This document shows positions 17,717 through 26,050 of a DNA stretch of 32,000 bases, one piece after another. The notes below the pieces were generated by a model. The model did no database searches and was not told the origin of the DNA. It was given only the letters and a program-made list of their open reading frames with translations. Each line of letters begins with the position of its first letter. Position 1 is the stretch's first letter. The stretch is from positions 120,001 through 152,000 of the forward strand of contig SHMX01000004.1 in NCBI GenBank assembly GCA_008080745.1, written 5' to 3'. Source of the stretch: Candidatus Thorarchaeota archaeon (GTDB lineage Archaea; Asgardarchaeota; Thorarchaeia; Thorarchaeales; Thorarchaeaceae). The translations under genes were made by a program, and so were the position numbers.

Positions 17717-19267
17717 CTACACTAATACCTCACAAGATTCAAGAACTTTAGTATCTGTTGTAAGAGAGATTGGTTTTGCTTGAATGTGACTCGATTTTAC
17801 CACATCCTCAAAATGAGATCTTGTCATTCTGTGGAGTGTCGTTGCTCCCAGTGCTCCAGTTTCACGAACTACTCTGAATTCTTCATTTGAACTTTTTAAT
17901 CCCTCTTCAAATGCGAGCACAAACTCTCTCGGATCGGTTCTCTCTCTGAACATAGCAGCAATCACATATTTAGGAATTCCTTCTTCGACTAATCCGATTA
18001 CACTATAATCCATGACTTCAGAACTGGTCTTTGAACAAGCAAAAGCGATTGCATCTGAAACATGCGCTTCAGAGAGCTTCTCACCAGATAAATTAACCAC
18101 TCTTCCTTTTCTGGAGATAGAATGTATTGTATATGGGTCAGTGTCACCAAATGTTACGATATCTCCATTTCTATATCGATAATACCCTCCCTTGTTGGTT
18201 ATAACTATCTCATATCTGAATCCTCTTTTGACTTCGGATAATGGGATAACCTCTGGATTTGGTTTCTCACAGTCTCTTTCACGAATAAATTCAAAATACG
18301 TCAGTTGTGGAATAAGTTGCATACCTTTCGTGTCTTCATACATCTGACCAGCATAAACTCCTTCTGATCCTCCGTAAATATCCCATATTGTTACATTAGG
18401 CAATGTTTTCTTAATCCACTCTCTATATGGGTCGGTATCTATTCCTGAAGCATAAAATAATCTTAAATCCGGCATTAGTTCCGCAACATCAACCTTACCA
18501 TCGTCGTAAACTGCTCGTTTAATTCTAGCTTCATGTTTCGTTCCTTTTGTTACATCTTGCAATAAAGAACCATATTGATTCTGTAGTCTCCTCAACAAGG
18601 CAAGGGATAGAGTCGTGATGCCTTGTAATGCTGTAATTCTTTCAGTCGCAACAATCTTGGCATATTCTCGCATCTTATCGTCCATATCCATTAGATTGAA
18701 GATATCTTTACCCGGTTTCATTAGACGTTGAAAAATAGGATTTTGACGACTTGCGTACACTCCTGTTGCATATCCCACAGGTATTCCATTTATTCTATTT
18801 AATTCGATTGGTGCTCCAAAAACAAGAAGGGTTCCATCCAATATTTTTGGATTTTCTTTGTCTGCCATCATGAATGCCATTAGTGTATGCATTGATGCTT
18901 GTGATACTTCTTTGCAGGCCGTTACCGTGAACGGTAGATGCTTTGGCTTACCTGTCGTTCCTGAAGTTTGAAGGTATGCAAAGGGGGTTTCCATAGTCAA
19001 AGCTTGGCAATCTGGGTTTTCGTAAATCCTTTGAAGATATGGCATACGCGATTGATGCGTAGAGAGTGGTATACAATCGGCCCATTCTTCTATATTATGT
19101 ATTGATTGAAAATCGTATTCTTTCCCAAATTGTGTACTCTGTTGGCATTCTATTATTTCAAATAATTTCTTTTCTGTATGTTCAATTGGTGCATTCAAAA
19201 TGCCTTCCATTTGCTTGAACTTCTTACGTGCCAAAATTGACACCAGACGCCTCATAATCGACATCAC
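17717..19267 (-). CDS. GH3 family acyl-acid amido synthetase-like protein
   Basis: TQFGKEYDF, QTSGTTGKPKHLP, YGGSEG, GGYYRYRNGD, GEKLSE motifs of GH3 adenylating enzymes. Confidence 0.9.
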   Translation of the reverse strand: MMSIMRRLVSILARKKFKQMEGILNAPIEHTEKKLFEIIECQQSTQFGKEYDFQSIHNIEEWADCIPLSTHQSRMPYLQRIYENPDCQALTMETPFAYLQTSGTTGKPKHLPFTVTACKEVSQASMHTLMAFMMADKENPKILDGTLLVFGAPIELNRINGIPVGYATGVYASRQNPIFQRLMKPGKDIFNLMDMDDKMREYAKIVATERITALQGITTLSLALLRRLQNQYGSLLQDVTKGTKHEARIKRAVYDDGKVDVAELMPDLRLFYASGIDTDPYREWIKKTLPNVTIWDIYGGSEGVYAGQMYEDTKGMQLIPQLTYFEFIRERDCEKPNPEVIPLSEVKRGFRYEIVITNKGGYYRYRNGDIVTFGDTDPYTIHSISRKGRVVNLSGEKLSEAHVSDAIAFACSKTSSEVMDYSVIGLVEEGIPKYVIAAMFRERTDPREFVLAFEEGLKSSNEEFRVVRETGALGATTLHRMTRSHFEDVVKSSHIQAKPISLTTDTKVLESCEVLV

Positions 19268-19851
19268 ATTTTTCCTCCGGTGATTCTAAAGAAAACACCT
19301 ACTACTTTTGGCGCCTTTCAAAATGAAATGACTTCGCTTCATATCGAATACTCTTTCAAAACTCTCAAAACTATATATAAAATAACAATAGTTCTCCAGA
19401 ATAGTTATTATAGCTTTATAATGCCTTAATTATATCTTTAGGTAATCATAGCAGTTATTTTCACACTGGTTTGCTGATTTTATCACATTTTTCATTAATT
19501 TTAGAACGATTGTAGAAATTCTCTTTCATAACCAACAAGTTGATTTACACATGATCTAAAAAGAAAAGTTCAAACAAGTTGAAACCTATGGCATAATCAT
19601 CAGATATGGAATTAGGTTTTTTTTCGATTTTATTTAGATTTCCTCTAAAAACGTGAGATTTCAGCAATCGTGACAAGTAATAATCAATCATAACATAGAT
19701 AAACAAAAATTAAGTTCTATTATGCCTTTTTTACTATTGTGCATTCATAATATGCCTCAATTATTATTATTTGATGTTAATATATCTGGATACACTTTCT
19801 CCCAAAATTGAAGATTTCTTGAAACAATACTTCTTTTGACGGTGATAAGAA
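19268..19851. promoter_or_regulatory. 584-bp AT-rich divergent control region upstream of the large operon
   Basis: No ORF in the track; several TATA-like tracts; repeated ATGCC-core motifs and an AACAAGTTGA direct repeat. Confidence 0.5.
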
Positions 19852-20607
19852 ATGATAGCAAAGCTCGAAAGTCAACTTACTCACATCTGTAAGGACTCGG
19901 GATACAGCTCAAAGATGATTGATGCTACATCGATTCTTCAAATGGCATTCAATAACCCTGATCGTAATATCATCAAAGCGAGAATCAAGTATTCTGGTCA
20001 AAATGAAAAAACATGGATTGTAGTTATAGTTGGCTTGAGGAGTAGTGTTCTGCAGCCATTCAACAAATTCACCAATATAGCTAGTGGCCAATACTCCCCC
20101 TGTGACATTTTTGGTATTGTTCCTTGCATCGCCCAACTTGTTCGGTTCGAATCTACAGGGCCCTCTCTGAGTGCAATTGTGAAAGACGATGTCACTCGGA
20201 TTGTTTTGGTCTTTGAAGGTGATTCAGAGGCTAGATTAGGACCCATTAACTCATTGGCAACCCGACTGTGGCGGTTCATGAAACGGTGGGATGAGTGGAC
20301 AGAGGTCCTACTGGGGATTTTGGAACGTGATCAATATGTTGGTGATTGGGAGCTAAATTGGCGTGAACTTTTGGCTGGTGAATCAGGTTTTGTAACGATG
20401 CCATGGTTTTCTCCTTTGCATTATGATAATCGAGTCTTAGCTATGGCAAGAATAGTAACAGCTTCCAAAGCACTTCTCACCTCTGTTTTGAGTGGTCAAC
20501 AAATGAGTGATTCAATGATAACGGGATTACTTGATTGGTTGGAAAACTTGGAACCTCTTCCAAGAATAGAGAGTGCTCCGTCAACAGATGAGGAGGTAAT
20601 GGTATAA
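19852..20607 (+). CDS. Hypothetical protein (operon gene 1)
   Basis: 251-aa ORF, GGTGA RBS; no recognised motif. Confidence 0.8.
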   Translation: MIAKLESQLTHICKDSGYSSKMIDATSILQMAFNNPDRNIIKARIKYSGQNEKTWIVVIVGLRSSVLQPFNKFTNIASGQYSPCDIFGIVPCIAQLVRFESTGPSLSAIVKDDVTRIVLVFEGDSEARLGPINSLATRLWRFMKRWDEWTEVLLGILERDQYVGDWELNWRELLAGESGFVTMPWFSPLHYDNRVLAMARIVTASKALLTSVLSGQQMSDSMITGLLDWLENLEPLPRIESAPSTDEEVMV

Positions 20608-20608
20608 A

Positions 20609-21076
20609 ATGCTAGTAAACGAATATCTGGGTAATAGTTGGAACGGAGAATTTGGTGTTCCGGACCTATCATGGTTATCTGGTGCAAAGGCTGGAATGCA
20701 GACTTTGAGTGAGCGGAGTCCTACATGGCTTTGGGATGATTTCATTACTGATATTCAAGAGATGATTGAATTAACACGAGATCTTGGATGCACTTTCCCA
20801 GGACAAATCCCCCGCCTTGGAGATGGGCTATCTGGTTCGATTCTTAGTGCACTTGGTGGGTATATCAGTATAACAGGATGTCTTATTGTTGAAGGTCTCT
20901 TCTTCCGAGTTTCTAGGAGGTATCACGAGGATGTGAAAATTGCATTGTCCGGTATTGAGATTCAATCGGTCTATGATGGTTTGGTTATTTCTGCTTCTGA
21001 TTTTAAGCGCCTTCATAACCTCGTAACAATTTGGGGCCCACTTGAGGAGATGCTGGCTGAGGAGGTCATAAAGTGA
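20609..21076 (+). CDS. Hypothetical protein (operon gene 2)
   Basis: 155-aa ORF, GAGGT RBS-like motif; stop overlaps the radA-like start (GTGA). Confidence 0.75.
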   Translation: MLVNEYLGNSWNGEFGVPDLSWLSGAKAGMQTLSERSPTWLWDDFITDIQEMIELTRDLGCTFPGQIPRLGDGLSGSILSALGGYISITGCLIVEGLFFRVSRRYHEDVKIALSGIEIQSVYDGLVISASDFKRLHNLVTIWGPLEEMLAEEVIK

Positions 21077-22137
21077 CAGATCTTGAGTCAGTTAGTGGAG
21101 TAGGCCCTGCAGCTGCAAAGAAATTGCGTGAAGTATTCGTGACCACAGCAGAACTACTCGCGGTTCAAAATCCCGTGGAACTTCAAGCGAAGACCAAACT
21201 TGGTGAAGGAACAGTTGATAAAATCATCAAGAATGCCCGAGAGCTGGTTGGGACTTTTGGTTTCAAGAGTGGACTTGAGGTCGAACAGGATATGGCGGAA
21301 CTACCACGGCTATCAACAGGTATTTCCAAACTTGATGATGAATTACTTGGCGGCATCGAGATTGGATCAATCGTTGAATTCTTTGGCCCATCAAGAGGTG
21401 GAAAAACTCAATGGGCGGCTCAACTTGCTGTTATGACTCAGCTACCTTTAGAACAGGGGGGTCTCGATGGAAGAGTACTTTGGCTGGATAGTGAGTCTTC
21501 TTTCAAGCCTTGGATTATCAGGGCTAATGCAATACGGTTTGGAATGGATCCAGATGTAGCACTTGGCAACATTGGAAGAGCGCAAATAATTCTAAGTAGT
21601 CAACTAATGGACCTCTTTGACTCCATACCGCAACTTTGTGCAGAGAATGATTACAAACTTGTTATTGTTGATTCGCTTACTGGTTTGTTTAGAGTGGAAT
21701 ATACCGGTCTAGAAATGTTGAAGGTACGTCAACAAGATATGAATGGTCTTCTAAATACGATGCGGAGAACTGCATCTGCAACAAACACCATTTTTGCATA
21801 TACTAACCATGTAATGGCAAAGATATCACTCTATGGAGGTAATCCAAATCATCCTGTGGGTGGACATACAATTTCACATGCTTCTGATTACAGATTCTAC
21901 ACGCGTAGATCAAAGAAAGACAAAAGGAAGTTGGACCTTCAAGATAATGCAGGAGTTCCGGAATTTAGCTTTGAATTAACTATTGGTTGGGGTGGATTCT
22001 ACGGCTCTAGTGCTGAGAAGAAGGAAGTTGAGCCCAAGATAAAGGAATACTTCGACAAACATGGTTTTGCGAAACCTGAATCAAGTCCTGATGAAGAATT
22101 GGAGGAGGACATTGTAGCGGCAGGTGAGATTGAGTGA
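21073..22137 (+). CDS. radA: RadA/Rad51-family recombinase, divergent full-length paralogue
   Basis: N-terminal HhH (LESVSGVGPAAAKKL), Walker A GPSRGGKT, LDSESSF, Walker B LVIVDS, L1 LFRVEYTG..RQ, L2 TNHV..PVGGHTISH; acidic tail. Confidence 0.9.
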   Translation: MTDLESVSGVGPAAAKKLREVFVTTAELLAVQNPVELQAKTKLGEGTVDKIIKNARELVGTFGFKSGLEVEQDMAELPRLSTGISKLDDELLGGIEIGSIVEFFGPSRGGKTQWAAQLAVMTQLPLEQGGLDGRVLWLDSESSFKPWIIRANAIRFGMDPDVALGNIGRAQIILSSQLMDLFDSIPQLCAENDYKLVIVDSLTGLFRVEYTGLEMLKVRQQDMNGLLNTMRRTASATNTIFAYTNHVMAKISLYGGNPNHPVGGHTISHASDYRFYTRRSKKDKRKLDLQDNAGVPEFSFELTIGWGGFYGSSAEKKEVEPKIKEYFDKHGFAKPESSPDEELEEDIVAAGEIE

Positions 22138-22592
22138 AACAAGAACGTGGAATGTTTAGGATTTATCGTTGTCCTCAATGCAATAATATTGGTTATACTC
22201 GTGTTGAATCTGAGGATGACTTGTCTGCGTGTAGTCTATGTCGGGGAATAATTTTACATGAGTCTGGCACACTCTATGCGGCAACCGTACAGGAATCTGT
22301 TGATTTAGTTCGAGAACTTGTGATTCTTTCCAAACAAAATGGTGAGTCTAGTAAACCAACAAGAGGTAGGGGTTTACGAAAACGCATTCTTACTATTATA
22401 ATATCTCTAATTGATTTGAATAGAGGCAAACCTGTTCCCTTACGAGAAATTCTCAGAGAATGTGTTGATGCCGATATAGCTCTAGAACGAGCGATGACCT
22501 TTCTTGAACTTCTTGAAACAGAAGGAATCCTATTGAATTTTGACTCTAAAATCAGTTTAAAGAAGGAGGTAATCCAAGATGGCAGAATCTAG
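22134..22592 (+). CDS. Zn-ribbon plus C-terminal winged-helix protein (DUF1922/DUF5817-like layout)
   Basis: CPQC...CSLC; C-terminal RILTIIISL...VPLREILREC...AMTFLELLETEGIL resembles an MCM-C/wHTH fold. Confidence 0.7.
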   Translation: MKQERGMFRIYRCPQCNNIGYTRVESEDDLSACSLCRGIILHESGTLYAATVQESVDLVRELVILSKQNGESSKPTRGRGLRKRILTIIISLIDLNRGKPVPLREILRECVDADIALERAMTFLELLETEGILLNFDSKISLKKEVIQDGRI

Positions 22593-23214
22593 TTCCAAAT
22601 CAAAATCTGGTGTAGTATGGGTTCCCAGAACTCCTAAGACGGTAAAAAGAAGCTCGATGATTAATCTGGTCAATCTATTACTGAGAGAAACTTCTCATCG
22701 AGTAACTGTACTCGATAAGTCTGAAGAGCCTGATCCAAAACTGTTTGTGGTTACCCGTATTGAATGGAGAGATCCTGATATCAGAAAACCACTCCTTCCC
22801 CAGTTACCGAGATTACTATCACTATTGGAGACCCTTAGAGGCACTCGTGGTGTTCCTACTGAGATTTATTTAGACAGTACAGATGGTATTGCGGTCTATC
22901 TACCTACTCATGAAACCGTTTCCACCTTGCCTGAAAAACCAAAAGAGTGCGTACGTCATTTGATGGATTTAGTAGAAAATCATGTTGAACATACATTGGC
23001 AACTATGCAAGAGGTAGAGGAGTATTTCTGGAAGACCGCCCGTAAAAAGGGATATAGTCCTGAAATTGTTGCGAAGATTGATCTAAAAGAGAAACACTTC
23101 GACTCACCAGAACATGTCTATAGGTTCCAATATCTGCTGCAAAAATATTTCTCAATACGTTTCCGCATTCACTCAAGTGAGTCTTGTTTACGTGTGGAGG
23201 CTGGTAGTTGCTAA
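22579..23214 (+). CDS. Hypothetical protein (operon gene 5)
   Basis: 211-aa ORF, GGAGGT RBS; overlaps both neighbours. Confidence 0.8.
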   Translation: MAESSSKSKSGVVWVPRTPKTVKRSSMINLVNLLLRETSHRVTVLDKSEEPDPKLFVVTRIEWRDPDIRKPLLPQLPRLLSLLETLRGTRGVPTEIYLDSTDGIAVYLPTHETVSTLPEKPKECVRHLMDLVENHVEHTLATMQEVEEYFWKTARKKGYSPEIVAKIDLKEKHFDSPEHVYRFQYLLQKYFSIRFRIHSSESCLRVEAGSC

Positions 23215-25178
23215 CAGATACGACCGACCCGCTATCCTGGTTTCCATACCTGCCAAGACCTCATCAGGACAAAGCGGTTTACCTCTCTGCAGAGGTCTTT
23301 GGGTCGAAGAACGTGGGATTACTATCTGCTGATTGTGGTGTGGGTAAAACTATCGCAGTATTATCCGGCTATTTGGCGGCTCGATATGATGATCCAACAT
23401 CTAGGTTATTCGCTCTAACTAGAACCCACTCACAATCGAAAGTATTTGAAGAAGAATTAAGCATACTAAGAGAACAATCACTTGCTATCACAGCCACTTC
23501 TATGGTGTCAAGAGTACATGTATGTCCAATTCGTGCTCAGATTTCTTCCAATACCTCAACGGGATTCACAAAAGCTTGTTCCCAAATGGTCAAGATGGGT
23601 AGGTGCACTCATTATTGGAACATGTATAAGCGACATAGAGAAGAGGGAAAACTCACTATACGAAATCAAATTCGTTCTCTTCTGGAAGAGCTTCTAGATA
23701 CTGGAGTAGTTAGCAGAGACCGAGCAGAAGACTTTGCAAATCTTCATACTCTCTGTCCATATGAAGTGCTTCGCTGGTGTGCTAGAAATAGTCGTGTTGT
23801 GATTGGACCTTATAGTTATATGTTCAAATCCCGTGTGCGTGATTCTCTGTTGGCTTCTGTGGGAGTCCATCTTCATGAATTGGACTTACTAATTGATGAA
23901 GCCCATAATCTTCCTTCTCATGTTCTTGATTCTGAAACAGCACGGTTGACTGGGGAAGACCTGAGATATCTGAAAGAGCATAGTCGAGAATTGGTTAGAG
24001 AGACAAGAGTCGATTGGATTGGAGAAGTTGTTGATTTTCTTTGGGAAACTCTCATGGTAAAATTGGATAGTTTTGGAAATAGACGCGAAATAAAACTGGA
24101 TAAATGGGATGTAGTTCCTCGCTTTATTGAGAAAGAGAGTCTTGACCTTTTGGTTCAATCCCATGATTTGAGTCTTGGTGACCCAGAAAATGCTGTACAT
24201 GCTGAGAATCCCTTTGATCGATTTGTTGATTTTTTGTTGATTGGAAGTAAAGCTGTTGAAAGCGAAGATTGGCATATATCGCTTAACTTGATGAAAAACT
24301 GGCATGGAGAAAAGACACCGCTTAAGACCAATCTTGCTATCCGCCCTTTGAATGCAGCTGGATTAACTGCACCTGTCCTAAGAGGTGCTAGATCAGCGTT
24401 GCTGATGAGTGGAACACTCAGACCATTAGAACACTATGGGAAGCTTCTTGGTGTTTCGGGTGCTTTAAAGGAGGACCTAGAGAGTCCATATCCCAAAGGT
24501 AGTAGACTTGTTCTTATTGATAAGAAACTGTCGACAAAATACACAGAGAGAAGTTCCGAACTCTGGAGACTGTTAGCTGAGCGTATCAATGCAGTTCTGA
24601 ATACTATGCCAGCAAATAAGAGTGCCATGATTGCCTTTCCTAGTTATCATATGATGCGTGAGATTTTGAGCTATTCCATCGACACCGGTTATCGTGGGAA
24701 GATAATTGAGGATCGTGGTGCTCGTCTGGAGTTTGTAACCGAGGCGATCGAAGAACGTCCTCAAGCGGTCTTCTGTGTATATGGTGGAAAATTCAGTGAA
24801 GGAATTGATATTGTAAAAGATGGTTCTAGTATGATTGACCTAATTATTGGTGTTGGTATTCCTTTTAGCCCACCAACCAGCTATCAGCAAGCAATTCAGG
24901 ATTGGTACAATCGGAAATTTGGTGAAGGTTTAGGGTATTACTACTCGTCGGTTGTACCATCATTACGTCAGGTTGCTCAATTGATTGGCCGTCTTAGAAG
25001 ATCCCCTTCTGATTGGGGTGTGGTTACTCTTCTAGATAATCGGTTTATGAGATATTTGTCAATTCTGGGTGATGGTATCGTTTCTGATATTTGGCCTTAT
25101 GAGAGTGTATCTGAGATTCGTTCTGCTATCACATCCTTTGTAGAAATGAGAATGGGTGATAATTGTGAGATATTCTAA
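23208..25178 (+). CDS. xpd: XPD/Rad3/DinG-family Fe-S DNA helicase
   Basis: Q motif RPHQ, Walker A ADCGVGKT, four Cys of the Fe-S domain (VCP, KAC, GRC, LCPY), DEAHN, SGTL, GGKFSEGID, QLIGRLRR. Confidence 0.93.
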   Translation: MLTDTTDPLSWFPYLPRPHQDKAVYLSAEVFGSKNVGLLSADCGVGKTIAVLSGYLAARYDDPTSRLFALTRTHSQSKVFEEELSILREQSLAITATSMVSRVHVCPIRAQISSNTSTGFTKACSQMVKMGRCTHYWNMYKRHREEGKLTIRNQIRSLLEELLDTGVVSRDRAEDFANLHTLCPYEVLRWCARNSRVVIGPYSYMFKSRVRDSLLASVGVHLHELDLLIDEAHNLPSHVLDSETARLTGEDLRYLKEHSRELVRETRVDWIGEVVDFLWETLMVKLDSFGNRREIKLDKWDVVPRFIEKESLDLLVQSHDLSLGDPENAVHAENPFDRFVDFLLIGSKAVESEDWHISLNLMKNWHGEKTPLKTNLAIRPLNAAGLTAPVLRGARSALLMSGTLRPLEHYGKLLGVSGALKEDLESPYPKGSRLVLIDKKLSTKYTERSSELWRLLAERINAVLNTMPANKSAMIAFPSYHMMREILSYSIDTGYRGKIIEDRGARLEFVTEAIEERPQAVFCVYGGKFSEGIDIVKDGSSMIDLIIGVGIPFSPPTSYQQAIQDWYNRKFGEGLGYYYSSVVPSLRQVAQLIGRLRRSPSDWGVVTLLDNRFMRYLSILGDGIVSDIWPYESVSEIRSAITSFVEMRMGDNCEIF

Positions 25179-25758
25179 GAAGAAAAATTACTTCTGGAGC
25201 TTTGTTACTGGATCATTGGTTGGTTTTGTTCTGTATGTATTTCTAAACCAGACTATATTTGATGTTGTCATTGGTGTAATGGGAATTGGAATTGGAATTG
25301 GGATTATACTTCTATGGACCCAATTATTCAAGGCAAAAATCATGTGGAGTGAAACCCATGGATGTTTGGCCATTAATCGCAAGTATACTGTCGATGTATA
25401 TGCAGGATGTATTATGACAAGTGTTCCTCTTGGTATTGATCTAAGTCGTTCAGCTCGAAAAGTGCTACGAGCTATCGCTACCAGGATGAAAAATGATATC
25501 GACTGTGAGATTAGTTTTTTTGTCATTCGGCCTGTTCATAAATTCCAAACGAGGGTCGGACTACTGGTTTCACGTAATACCTTCCGTTTAGTGAATGGGC
25601 TTACTCAATCCGACTCTCTTCTAAAGCAACTGAATCAGGATGTAATGACCTTAGAGTCCGCTTTGAGAGCTGCCTATCCTCACACGCCTGTTGAAAGAGC
25701 ATCAGCTGATGATTTGCTACTTGTTACTACTGGAGGAGTCTACACCCATGAAATCTAA
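25156..25758 (+). CDS. Hypothetical membrane protein, two N-terminal TM helices plus soluble domain
   Basis: FWSFVTGSLVGFVLYVFL and VVIGVMGIGIGIGIILLW; exact start uncertain. Confidence 0.75.
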   Translation: MIIVRYSKKKNYFWSFVTGSLVGFVLYVFLNQTIFDVVIGVMGIGIGIGIILLWTQLFKAKIMWSETHGCLAINRKYTVDVYAGCIMTSVPLGIDLSRSARKVLRAIATRMKNDIDCEISFFVIRPVHKFQTRVGLLVSRNTFRLVNGLTQSDSLLKQLNQDVMTLESALRAAYPHTPVERASADDLLLVTTGGVYTHEI

Positions 25759-26050
25759 ACTACGTAGTTCCTTAGAGATACCCTCCTCTATAGAGCCAAA
25801 TGATGTGATGGAAGCACTTCGAATCGGACATGGATACCAGTGGACTAGGTTGGTTTTAGAACCAAAATTCATGGCTCATGGAAATCCTCCTTCTTCCAAG
25901 CTTCCAGAGTTGTTATTTATTGGGATAAAAACCCTCATTCTTTCTGGCGGTTCTCCTGAGTTTCCTGAGAGAATTGAGAAGATGATTGATGCAATTTGTA
26001 GAAGCTCGAAACGAAAACAGAAATTATCTGGAGGAAGGTATCATGGGTAA
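25748..26050 (+). CDS. Small hypothetical protein (100 aa)
   Basis: ATG 25748 preceded by GGAGGAG; MKSKLRSSLEIP...; overlaps both neighbours. Confidence 0.65.
   Translation: MKSKLRSSLEIPSSIEPNDVMEALRIGHGYQWTRLVLEPKFMAHGNPPSSKLPELLFIGIKTLILSGGSPEFPERIEKMIDAICRSSKRKQKLSGGRYHG

Noticed and set aside
19268-19851. Replication origin
   Set aside because: AT-rich, but no ORB repeats with G-strings and no cdc6/orc1 gene nearby.
25280-25305. GGAATT tandem repeat
   Set aside because: It simply encodes the GIGIGIGI stretch of a TM helix.
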